64,000 nucleotides of DNA from IMG/VR virus record IMGVR_UViG_3300009030_000001, positions 1 to 64,000 of that record; one strand, given 5' to 3'. The notes under the pieces were generated by a model, which ran no database searches, had not been told where the DNA came from, and worked only from the letters and a program-made list of their open reading frames with translations. Positions 39,914 through 49,644 of this stretch are shown one piece after another (the first letter of the stretch is position 1; each line of letters starts with the position of its first letter). The position numbers and the translations under genes were made by a program. This DNA comes from a virus.

Positions 39914-41251
39914 ATGACTGAAGAGACCTTCTCCGACCTGACACTGATCGGGCTTCGCGTCCGTGATTTCATGCGTGTCAGTCTTGTCGAACTCAAACCG
40001 GACGAGTCTGGAACGATCGAACTACGCGGTGCGAATGCTGCTGGCAAGACGAGCGTGATTTGGGCGATCTGGGCGGCCTTGGGCGGTGGCCGCGTGTCGC
40101 CGGATCGACCCATCAAGGAAGGCGCGGAAGAAGCGTCGGTCATGCTCGACTTTGGTGACATCCTAGTCAAGCGGACCTGGGACGAGACCGGCACCAAGCT
40201 CGAAGTGCGACGGTCCAGCGATGGCACCACGATCAAGTCGCCGCAGAAGCTGTTGGACTCGCTCGTGTCCCAGTTCGTCGACCCGTGCCAGTTCCTCATG
40301 CTTCGACCCGAGGATCAGGCCGCGCAGGTTCTCGCCATGACAGGGTTAGCCGAACCACTGAGAGAACTGGACGACAAGGAAGAACGGGCGACGGAGGTTC
40401 GACGGGATCTTGGTCGAGATATGAAGCGGGCGCAAGGCGCCCACAGAACCGCGGCGGATGATCTTCCCGCACTCGACAAGGACGCGCCATCCATCTCGGA
40501 TGCGGCGGTAGCACTGAAGACGGAGACCGATTACTTTTTGCTACACACGTCGGAGAAGGAGAGTTTGGACTATGCCGTGCGCGACATCGATCGTGTGAAG
40601 GGATATATCACGACGCTGACCGAAGAGATCGCAGCGCGGACCACGCAGATTGGCGAACGCCAAGAGCAGTTGACGCGAACCCAAGGGGCGATTGTCGCGC
40701 ACACGAAATACCTCGCCGACAATCGCCAACCGGATCTTGACGGTGCGCAGAAGGCTTTGGACCTTGCAGAGACCCAGGCTGGAGCAGTCGCGGCACACAA
40801 GAACGAGAGGGATCTCAACACGGCGTTCTGCGCCGCGAAGAAACTGCACGACGGCGCCGAACATCGGGTGAAGGAGATTCGGTCGAAGCGCGCAACGATT
40901 CTGGAGGGCGCGGAGTTCCCGGTGGCCGCAATGAGCTACGACGCGGACGCGAAGACCCTGATGCTCGGAACGGTATCGTTCACGCAGGCGTCCAGCGCGG
41001 AACAGTTGAAAGCATCGATTGAGTTAGCCATTGCGGGCAGCCCTGGGATCAAGCTCCTGTTCGTGCGCGACGCTTCGCTGCTAGATTCGGATTCGCTCAC
41101 CGTCATTCGAACCATGGCCGCAGAGCGAGGGTACCAAGTCATCCTTGAGATCGTAGACGAAGACCCGGAAGGCCCAGGCGTGTTCATCGAGGATGGATGC
41201 GTACGAGAACAGAGTGAACCAAACAAACCGACACCCAAGGCATATGAGTGA
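39914..41251 (+). CDS. SMC/Rad50-like ABC-type ATPase
   Basis: Walker A GANAAGKTS, long coiled coil, signature ASSAEQ, Walker B-like LLFVRDASLLD. Confidence 0.85.
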   Translation: MTEETFSDLTLIGLRVRDFMRVSLVELKPDESGTIELRGANAAGKTSVIWAIWAALGGGRVSPDRPIKEGAEEASVMLDFGDILVKRTWDETGTKLEVRRSSDGTTIKSPQKLLDSLVSQFVDPCQFLMLRPEDQAAQVLAMTGLAEPLRELDDKEERATEVRRDLGRDMKRAQGAHRTAADDLPALDKDAPSISDAAVALKTETDYFLLHTSEKESLDYAVRDIDRVKGYITTLTEEIAARTTQIGERQEQLTRTQGAIVAHTKYLADNRQPDLDGAQKALDLAETQAGAVAAHKNERDLNTAFCAAKKLHDGAEHRVKEIRSKRATILEGAEFPVAAMSYDADAKTLMLGTVSFTQASSAEQLKASIELAIAGSPGIKLLFVRDASLLDSDSLTVIRTMAAERGYQVILEIVDEDPEGPGVFIEDGCVREQSEPNKPTPKAYE

Positions 41252-42031
41252 GCCAGACAGTCCGATACACATGCTCTCAGAGCGAACCAAGCCCCGCGAT
41301 ACCCACCGAGAATGAGTGAGCCAATCGTTGCGATACTCAGTCACTCCGAACGAGCCATCCACGTCGACACCCATACCACATGAGCGAACCAACTCCCCCG
41401 AAACCCAGAGACGATGAATGAGCCAGACTCTGCGATACCCACAGACGTCGATCGAACCAGAGACCCAGACACCCAGGCAAGAAGAGTGAGCCATCACGCC
41501 CGATACACACCCGTTGAGAGCGAACCACAGCCCTCGATACCCACGCACAGCGAGTGAACCACGTGAACGAACACCCAAGTGCAACGATTGATCCACACAA
41601 CCGGCGATCGAGCCAAGGATACTGATGTCCAAATCGTTCGAGCGAGTCAAAGAAACAGATACCCACACCATATGAGCGAACCAGCCGACCGGATGCCTAA
41701 AACCACAGAGTGAACCATCCAACATGATACCCACCCCCACGGAGTGAGTCAGGATCGTTGAAACACAAGGACTCGAAACGAACCACATGCCACGATGCCC
41801 AATTCGACAGAGTGAGCCACACCGAGTGACGCCCACTAGGCACGAACGAACCACGATGACCGATGCACAGAAAACAAGAGTGAACCAGGGCCACCGATAC
41901 CCAGATGCGATGAGTGAACCATGAGGGCCGATATCCAAGTCGGGTGAGTGAGCCAATAGCTGAGATACCCAGACGTCGTGAGCGAACCAGTACGAGCGAT
42001 ACCCAAACAGAACAAGTGAACCAAACAGGAT
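41212..42031 (+). ncRNA. TIGR-like dual-repeat array, upstream (23 full 34-nt units + 1 truncated + terminal partial)
   Basis: Unit = GANYGARCCA (10) + 8-nt spacer + GATACCCA-like (8) + 8-nt spacer. Starts at 41212, 41246, ... 41552; a 20-nt unit at 41586; then 41606 ... 42014. Confidence 0.9.
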
Positions 42032-42038
42032 AACAACC

Positions 42039-43151
42039 ATGACCGATACGAGTGTGCAGACCGCGTTAGACCTGACCCCCGCTGTTCAGCGGATAACGAA
42101 GGATCTACGCGAAGCCGTGAAGACCTTGAACGTGCAAGAGGCCCGGTACCTGGTCGACTACTACTACCAGATGCAGGAGGATCGGAAGCGGTCGGCGAAT
42201 CAGGAGCGGGCGGTGAAGGACGGCGCTGATACGGAAGGCCCGTCCGGTGCGGTGGCTTGGCTCGCTGCGCAGGGAAGGTGCATGGAAAGCCGGGTCAGGA
42301 CGTTCCTGGACATCTACTCCGGCCACCACCCTCTTGGGATCTGGGCCCGATCGAACGTGGGAATTGGCCCTGTTATCGCAGCCGGATTGCTCGCGCACAT
42401 CGACATGGCGCAGGCGCCGACCGCAGGACACATCTGGTCGTTCGCAGGATTGGATCCACGGGTGAAGTGGACCGGTGCAACCGAGACGGCGAAGGAACTG
42501 GAAGCGTGCCTCGGCGGGCGGCCCGACAAGGTGTCCTACGAGCATCTCGTCATGGCGTGCGAACACTTCCGGCGCAAGCCAGCCACGATTGAACGCTACG
42601 CCAAGCCGCTCAACTGGACGACGTTGGTGAAGGCGCTGAACCGGCGGCCGTGGAACACGCCGCTCAAAACTCTGTGCTGGAAGATCGGGGAGAGCTTCTG
42701 CAAGGTCTCGGGTAATCCAGACGCCTTCTACGGCAAGCTGTACGCCGAGTACAGGGTCGAAGAAGACCGGCGGAATATCGCTGGCGAGTACATACAGCAG
42801 GCGTATGACAAACTCGAACGCTTCAAGATCGGCAAGGACACCGACGCGCACTTGTGGTATGCGGGATGCCTTACTTCTGTCAACGCGAAAGACATTCGAA
42901 AGGCGGAGTCGAGCAAGCGTATGGGAATGGCGAAGAAACTGGCAGGCGATCCCGGAAGCGGACAGCCGATGTTGCCACCGGCCCACTTGTTCGCTCGCGC
43001 CAAGCGCCGTGTTGTCAAATTATTCCTCAGCCACTATCACCACGTCGGCTACATGCTCTCGCACGACGGCGAAGAACCCCCGCGCCCCTGGGCCCTTTGC
43101 CAAGGGGGGCATACCCATTTCATCCCGCCGCCCAACCTAGACAAACTGTAG
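42039..43151 (+). CDS. TasA-like Nop-domain RNA-guided protein (IS110 C-terminal/Nop fold, no nuclease domain)
   Basis: Coiled coil LVDYYYQMQEDR; GIGPVIAAGLL...IWSFAGLDP; WN..LK..CW..GESF; Y...Y; H...RAKR..VKLFL.H. No N-terminal DEDD RuvC and no HNH. Flanked by arrays. Confidence 0.85.
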   Translation: MTDTSVQTALDLTPAVQRITKDLREAVKTLNVQEARYLVDYYYQMQEDRKRSANQERAVKDGADTEGPSGAVAWLAAQGRCMESRVRTFLDIYSGHHPLGIWARSNVGIGPVIAAGLLAHIDMAQAPTAGHIWSFAGLDPRVKWTGATETAKELEACLGGRPDKVSYEHLVMACEHFRRKPATIERYAKPLNWTTLVKALNRRPWNTPLKTLCWKIGESFCKVSGNPDAFYGKLYAEYRVEEDRRNIAGEYIQQAYDKLERFKIGKDTDAHLWYAGCLTSVNAKDIRKAESSKRMGMAKKLAGDPGSGQPMLPPAHLFARAKRRVVKLFLSHYHHVGYMLSHDGEEPPRPWALCQGGHTHFIPPPNLDKL

Positions 43152-43528
43152 TCAGAACCCACGACACCCAGGACATCAGAACGAGTCAGTTCGAATGACA
43201 CACACACGATGAGAACGAGCCATGAAGTAGAATGCACAAAGTTGAGGATCGAGCCAAGATGAGCGATACCCAAACCCTCTGAGTGAGCCAACCCCTCCGA
43301 TACTCATCATCTAGGAGCTAGCCACCGTAGGCGATACCCATAACGCAAGATCGAGCCATGACAGGTAACACCCACAACATTAGATCGAACCACCACTGGT
43401 GATACACACTACCTCAGAGTGAGCCATAGGAGTTGATACCCAACATGATCGAACGAGCCACTTCTTGAGATGCCCAGAGCCTGAGATCGAGCCAGTCGCC
43501 AAGAGACCCATGAGAATCGAGCGAACCA
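43150..43528 (+). ncRNA. TIGR-like dual-repeat array, downstream (11 units + terminal repeat)
   Basis: Same 34-nt unit: edge repeats at 43179, 43213, ... 43519; the first, degenerate edge overlaps the Tas stop codon. Confidence 0.9.
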
Positions 43529-43605
43529 CATAACCACATTTGGCACCGGGCAGGAGTTGACTCTCCTTCTTCCCCTTTTCCCGAACCCTGTCCGGTGCGT
43601 TTACC

Positions 43606-43929
43606 ATGACCAACCGCCCAGACCCATCGAGCACCCACATCCGAATCCACATCCTGTCCATGCTGTCGCCGACTGAACCGAAAGCTGGCGAAGACATCAG
43701 GGCCGAAGTTGCATGGGTGCCTTCCGTCGCGGCCTTCCTGAACATGCTTTCTGGCATGGATGATTGTGACTACGTCGCAACCCACAGAACGCCACGGTCC
43801 AGGGATGGACACGGCACAACCGTAAACGAATACACCATCACAGCGCGCGGTCGCCAAGTTCTAGAGGAGGCTGTCGCCTTCTACGCGGACTTGTCGAAAC
43901 CAAACGCAAAGGAGACTGAGACGAGATGA
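43606..43929 (+). CDS. Winged-helix (PadR-like) protein
   Basis: HILSML...YV...R......EYTITARGRQVL. Confidence 0.6.
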   Translation: MTNRPDPSSTHIRIHILSMLSPTEPKAGEDIRAEVAWVPSVAAFLNMLSGMDDCDYVATHRTPRSRDGHGTTVNEYTITARGRQVLEEAVAFYADLSKPNAKETETR

Positions 43930-46753
43930 CAGCGACCGAAGATATGAAGACGGAAGAACCGAAGACCGAGAAGCTTGCGAAGATCGATGCGGTGACGTTC
44001 CGAATCGAACTCACGCCAGGGATGGATCCGTGCGACGCTGCGGCGAGCGACGACAACCGCAAGGTGCGACCACACCGTTTGCTCATCACTGCGAGGAATG
44101 GCAAGTGGGAGATCCAAGGTCTAGGTGTTCCAACTACCCGCAAGGGCTTGGACTACAAGGCCGGAGACTCCAGGTTGATTCGGTTCTGCGAGGTAACGGC
44201 GCAACGGCTGGCCGACTCGTGGATAGAAGAGATCCTGTCGCAAACGGAGATGAGATCGTTCGACCTTCCGCCAGCCCCGGTTCCTCTGCTCACGCCCAGC
44301 GAGAGCGACAAGATAGGCGTCCTGGGATCCATGTTCGGCGACGACGTCAGCGCATGGCCAGCGGAAGTTCGTGAGAAGGCGAAGGCCGATGGTCTGCTCC
44401 GCTTCGAGCAGGAAACGTCCGCGCCGAGCCCGGACTGATGCTGTTCTTCGACCAACTACTCGTGGAGGACTGGTTCCCGCTGTTCAACATGCGCGACGGC
44501 AAGGAAACCAAGGAACGCGAGATGCCGATGGTGAAGGATGCGGTCGTGTTCGAGATCACGAACTGCGCCGACTACCGGACCGAGCATCCGTGCACGGAGC
44601 CAATCCTGGGGCGCCGCATCGCGGTTCCTGATGACATCGAAGTGGCATGGTTCGAGTTCAAGGAGAAGCTGGCGGTTCCAGACGATGCGGTAGGCGCCGT
44701 TGAGCACGCCATGACGTCGGGCACCTACACCTCGTTCGGTCACGTCGTCAAGTTCATCGACCTAGAAGGCGAAGAGGCTCGGAACGACGAGTTTGTCAAC
44801 CCGTCGCCAGGGTCGAAGTGGTGGATCATCTTCACCGACTTCATGCGCAAGAAGGTGGGTGGCATGGCACGGATCCTCGGCCCGATCTTCAACTGTCAAC
44901 TCGTGGTCGGCCATCACGGCGATGTGCAGCACGTCGACTTGGGTCCGTACTTCAACCGGGCCCGTTGGAACATGCCTCATCCTGACATCTCGCCGAAGCA
45001 GAAGACCGGCGCGAGCAGGATCTGCGAACCGGCGTTGTTTGCGATGCAGATGCTGGATGAATCGGGGTGCGAAGTGTTTGACCCAACACAGACAGGCCCG
45101 TCTCGCACTTACCGGCGCCAACACGGCCGCGACCTGTGCGTATACAACAAGGTGAGTGTACCAACATGACCAGCGGTAGCCAATGACTGACGAAGACCTA
45201 CAAGTATCCATGGAGGAACATGCCAGGCGCGTGATCCGTCTCGCCCAGGTGTGGAAGTTCCCGATGGACGCCAAGTTCCACATCGGATCGACGGACCTAC
45301 TCGGCGCAGGCAATTACCTGGAGCGTCTGGTCAAGTCGACTGTCCAGCAGACGGCAGGACTGGTCAGGCAGGCACATGCAGCGAAGACGGAGACGGTTGA
45401 GACGATCGCGAAGGAACTGGCGGACAGCGCCTACGAAACCACGACATACGATCACTTCCAGGAGATGATTGTCGATCGGGACATCTTGGCTCGATTGGAT
45501 ACTGCATTGGCTGCGCCCATCCCGTTAGAATCCAAGCCAGAGGGGCCGGACAGTTCGCCGGCCGATGAACCATGAGACCAACCAGACGAGAGTTCTTGGC
45601 GCTGTTCGGCGGCGCGGTAGCGTCCGTGACGGTCCTTCGTAGGATCACCGACGGCAAGGTTGCCGCGCCGAAGAAGGCTATCCCCGACCCCAATGGAATC
45701 GGGCTACACCACCAAGACGGCACCGAAGTCAACGGTGGGGGCTATTCCCGCGTGTCGCTGCCAAGGGATTGGAAGACCGCGAAGGCCATCACGTTCCCCG
45801 TTGCGGAATCGGACTGGGGCGAGGTCTCGTTCATGTCGATCCCGCACGGCTCCGGCCGCGTCCTGATTCCGATGCTCGGCAGCAACATGGTCGCATGCAC
45901 GAACCAGATCCGCATCGATGGCATCAACCTGCGCCCCGTACCATGGGAGAACGGGCAGGAGCGTGTGCTGTGTGGGAGGCGGGTATGAGCGACGAGCGCG
46001 AAGCGACCGAACTACCACCCGGCAAGTTCCGGATCTACCTAGCTATGGAGTCGTGGGATTACGAAGGCACGACTGTGCACGCGATTTTTGCGACTGCACA
46101 GGAAGCGGCGGAACGATGCTACAAGGCTTGGTGCGATGGCGTGTACGGTGATCTGACGCCGCACTTGGCACCGTCGCCGCACCCGATCGGTGACGACCCG
46201 GCGAGGTACGAGATCAAGCACAGAAGTTGTTCGATCTACGTGAAGACATGGACCGTTGAGCGGGAGTCGTGAACCGATGACCGACGAGCACGAAGCACCG
46301 GAATTTTCAGGCGTCACGTCCGCCACTTACCGCGGATGCGGCTGCAAGGAGATCGAGTTCACGGATGGCCACAAGGTATTCGAACCGTGTCTCGCCTGCG
46401 CTCTATACCAAGCCGGTCATGCCCTCCAACAAGCATCGCTGCGGATCCGAGAGCAGCGGGAACGTGACGCTCTATGACGATCCATGGCCGATAAGTCCCC
46501 GTACCGAACCCGATGCGACTACTGCGGCGAGCACGTTGGCTACGACAAGCCGTGGGTGTTGCTGAACCGCTACGGTGTCGGAACTGGCTCGAAACGATGC
46601 CTCTCCGAGATCGTCACCGATGGTGAGTACCTGTGGGAAGTAGACGAAGACACCGGCGACGTCGAAGCTGGCGGCGCCCTACTCTGCTGGCCCCAGTGCC
46701 TCCATTCATGGATCGAGGGGAAGATGATCCAAGTCGACGCCGAAGCGCCCTGA
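43926..46753 (+). other. Accessory genes (43926-44438, 44438-45169, 45183-45575, 45572-45988, 45985-46272, 46277-46477, 46484-46753)
   Basis: Coupled ORFs. 45572 has a twin-arginine leader and resembles the gene at 1265. Confidence 0.6.
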
Positions 46754-46754
46754 C

Positions 46755-46900
46755 TGGACACGGGGCCCGATTCGTTGTAGGTTCCCATCGTCTGGAACAA
46801 CCCGACCCGGCTGAGAGGCTGGAAACGAGAACCAAGTGACGAACATGCTGCCCGCCCTGAGAGGGGCGAACAGGACAGCGGACCTGAGAGGGGTCGCTGG
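46755..46900 (+). promoter_or_regulatory. Putative promoter plus leader with three GAGA-tetraloop hairpins
   Basis: TGGACA-17-TAGGTT; CTGAGAGG hairpins at 46811, 46857 and 46884. Confidence 0.5.
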
Positions 46901-47126
46901 ATGAGAGAAGACCAAGCACAACGCTACATCGTCGAACTTGACGATGGCGACGGTCTGTGGTTTCCGATTCACTGCATTGGAGACCACCCTCATGGACTGA
47001 CGCAGGAACAGGCCAAGGTCCGCGCCCATGGCTACGCTGAAGGCCAAGCTACTGCGCGCATTGCTCCGGTCATAGGATTCAGGCGAGACAGCGGCGGACG
47101 CACCATCGAACCGATCTCGGGAAACG

Positions 47127-48362
47127 ATGTCGTCTGACAACACGCACATCGTCGAACAGCTACGGTCGCTGGCGCGGCCCGTGGACGAGTTCACGCTCGA
47201 TCCCACCAACGCCAGGATCCACGACGAAGACAACCTGGAAGTGATCAGGACTTCGTTGAAGAAGTACGGCCAGCGGCAGCCGATCGTCGTCCAGAAGGAC
47301 GGCATGATCGTTCGGGCCGGGAACGCGCGCCTGATCGTCGCCAGGAAGCTGGGGTGGAAGACCATCGCCGCGGTGGTGATCGACGAGCCTGACCTTGCCG
47401 CAACTGCTTACGGCATAATCGATAATCGTAGCAGCGAAATGGCCGAGTGGAGTGACGAGACCCTAGCGAAGCTGCTGGCGTCGATTCAGTCCGAGAATCC
47501 GGAGATGCTAGAAGCCACCGGATTCGACGAATCGGAGTTGGAAGAATTGCTAGCCGAGATCGCAGGCGAACCGGACGTGATCCAAGATGACGTCCCGGAA
47601 CCGCCAGCGGAACCGGTCGCAAAGCTCGGGCAGTTGTGGGCGTTGGGTGATCATCGTCTCTTATGTGGTGACTCGACGAAGACGGATGACGTGGAGCGTC
47701 TGATGGACGGCGAGAAGGCTCGGATGGTATTCACCGACCCGCCGTACGCGCTATTCGGCAACTCGACTGGGGTTGCTGGGATAGTGGACGACAAGATGAC
47801 GCGTCCGTTCTTCTTGGAGGTATTCAGGCAGAGCCGAGCCTTCACCAAGTTGTTCGCCCATATCTACGTCTGCTGTGATTGGCACTCGGCGTTTTCGTTG
47901 CAAGCAATGGCCCGAGAAGCCGGGCTGACGGAAAAGAACCTTTGCATCTGGGACAAGGGGGACGGTGGCATTGGCGCTATGTATCAGCAGTGTTACGAAA
48001 TGGTTTGGTTTTTCGCTAATTCCCCCATAGCCGCCGGGGCGACCGCCAAGAAAGCCGTAGGGGAACGAACAATCAACGGCAAGCCGAACATCTGGCGATT
48101 TCCCCGCGAGTTGGCGGACAGATCGCACAATGCGCAGAAACCGGTGGAGATGGTTGCTGGTGCGGTGAGTAACAGCAGCGACCCAAAGGATATAGTACTG
48201 GATTTGTTCTTAGGCGGTGGAACCACTCTGATTGCCGCCGAACAACTTGATCGCACTTGTTACGCAATGGATCTAGAGCCAAAGTATTGCGACGTCACCA
48301 TTGCCAGATGGGAGAAGCTGACCGGCCAGAAGGCAGAACTCTTGGAGGAATCCCATGCCTAA
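47127..48362 (+). CDS. ParB-like domain + DNA N6-adenine/N4-cytosine methyltransferase
   Basis: NARIH...SL..YG...PIVV...AGN.R; HRLLCGDST; TDPPY; H..QKPV; DLFLGGGTT. Confidence 0.9.
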   Translation: MSSDNTHIVEQLRSLARPVDEFTLDPTNARIHDEDNLEVIRTSLKKYGQRQPIVVQKDGMIVRAGNARLIVARKLGWKTIAAVVIDEPDLAATAYGIIDNRSSEMAEWSDETLAKLLASIQSENPEMLEATGFDESELEELLAEIAGEPDVIQDDVPEPPAEPVAKLGQLWALGDHRLLCGDSTKTDDVERLMDGEKARMVFTDPPYALFGNSTGVAGIVDDKMTRPFFLEVFRQSRAFTKLFAHIYVCCDWHSAFSLQAMAREAGLTEKNLCIWDKGDGGIGAMYQQCYEMVWFFANSPIAAGATAKKAVGERTINGKPNIWRFPRELADRSHNAQKPVEMVAGAVSNSSDPKDIVLDLFLGGGTTLIAAEQLDRTCYAMDLEPKYCDVTIARWEKLTGQKAELLEESHA

Positions 48363-48837
48363 CCCACCGCAGGAACGCATGGACGCCTTCCTTCTTCCCG
48401 GCAACGATCCGGAACGGTCTGCGGAGCTACCATGGCATGCGGAACTGGAGCGAGCCGGATTCACCGTGAGGGTCTTCGCTGGCAACCGGACCCGGGACTA
48501 CTCCAAGGATGGATCGGCCGCGTTCATCTGCTGGAAGGCGGAGCAGATCCGAGAACTGGCCAGGATGTTCGACGCCGAGCAGGCACCGAGCAAGCGCGTC
48601 GTGATCGTCGCCCTAGACGCATGCCCCATGATCACGGCCGCAGTGCACATGATTCGAGTCGCAGCAGACCGACGCGACATCCGGTTCATCGCAGTTCACA
48701 CAACCGACCGAGGGTGCGAGTACGATGGAACCCAACTTCCGTCGAACGTCGCAGACGGCAAATTAGTCGGCGACAATCCCGGCTTCGAACCGGTGCAAGC
48801 GATCCGCGAAACGATCTTGCCATTCATCGAACGCTGA
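48355..48837 (+). CDS. Hypothetical protein
   Basis: GGAGG RBS; alpha/beta-like pattern. Confidence 0.55.
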   Translation: MPNPPQERMDAFLLPGNDPERSAELPWHAELERAGFTVRVFAGNRTRDYSKDGSAAFICWKAEQIRELARMFDAEQAPSKRVVIVALDACPMITAAVHMIRVAADRRDIRFIAVHTTDRGCEYDGTQLPSNVADGKLVGDNPGFEPVQAIRETILPFIER

Positions 48838-48840
48838 CCG

Positions 48841-49458
48841 ATGGCAACCCCACCAACAGGCAAGCCGGAAGGGCGACCGAGCAAGCGGTCGGAGGAGACG
48901 GACACGACCATTCTGGCCAATCTGACCACGTTCGGATGCAACGAACATGCCGCATCTACGGCCGGGGTTTCGTCGTCTACGTTCTACAAATGGATGCGCG
49001 AAGACCCCGAGTTTTCGCACAGATGCACGATAGCGCGGTCTAAGTTCACGTCTACGCAGTTGACTAGGGTAGTGAAGCGATCGATGGAGAAGGCAAACGT
49101 GAAGGACAAGGAAGGCAAACCAAGGACAGACAAGGATGGCAAGATCATCGAGCGGTCAACGGACAAGGCGATTGAAGCCGCCCAGTGGCTGTTGCTACAC
49201 CTGTCGCCATCGTTCCGAAGACGTCGTCCGAGTGATCCGGTGACCGACATTCTGGAGTTGCCGAAAGCGATTGATGCGGCAGGATGTCGCGCGGCGATGG
49301 ATCTCGTCATCCAGGCCGCGTCACGAGGCGAGATCTCGATGTTGGGCGCGAAGGACTACGCGGAACTGCTGGACCGTCAAGCGAAACGGATCACCGAGGA
49401 GGACTTGCAGGCCCAGATCGACGAATTGCGTGGGTTGATGGGCGATGCTGGCGCGTAG
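48841..49458 (+). CDS. Terminase small subunit-like protein
   Basis: GRPSK, HTH AA..AGVS.STFYKW..EDPEF, AAQWLL; follows the methylase. Confidence 0.7.
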   Translation: MATPPTGKPEGRPSKRSEETDTTILANLTTFGCNEHAASTAGVSSSTFYKWMREDPEFSHRCTIARSKFTSTQLTRVVKRSMEKANVKDKEGKPRTDKDGKIIERSTDKAIEAAQWLLLHLSPSFRRRRPSDPVTDILELPKAIDAAGCRAAMDLVIQAASRGEISMLGAKDYAELLDRQAKRITEEDLQAQIDELRGLMGDAGA

Positions 49459-49491
49459 TGGACCAGATCCGTCGAAACCCGCCGGATTCGC

Positions 49492-49520
49492 TTGAACAGA
49501 TGCACATCACCCGTATAGTG
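49492..49520 (+). promoter_or_regulatory. Promoter family copy D
   Basis: TTGAAC agatgcacatcacccg TATAGTG. Confidence 0.65.
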
Positions 49521-49644
49521 CCTTGTGGTCAACCGAGTTGGTGGACGTGAACAGGAACCTAGAAATCGATGGCAAGTGACAACACGACGGGAGAAGAAGG
49601 CTGGGATAGGCACAGCGTTGTGAGATCAACCCCCGGAGACCCCC

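Noticed and set aside
39290-39944. Arg/Gly/Ala- or Pro/Cys/Arg-rich ORFs over the GGY-NN array
   Set aside because: A 5-nt periodic, stop-poor sequence is open in most frames, so these are shadows of the repeat. Translation of 39339-39662 cannot be fully excluded.
41081-42040. 319-aa minus-strand ORF and other ORFs over the arrays
   Set aside because: The 34-nt period is not a multiple of 3, and the translations (WFAH/GSL/LGI) just mirror the repeats in rotating frames.
42039-43151. IS110-family transposase / insertion sequence
   Set aside because: Only the C-terminal Nop-like motifs are present. The N-terminal DEDD RuvC domain is absent, and the flanks are periodic dual-spacer arrays rather than IS ends.
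41212-43528. CRISPR array
   Set aside because: The repeats are only 8-10 nt, alternate between two types and have 8-nt spacers; no cas1/cas2 or other cas operon is present.
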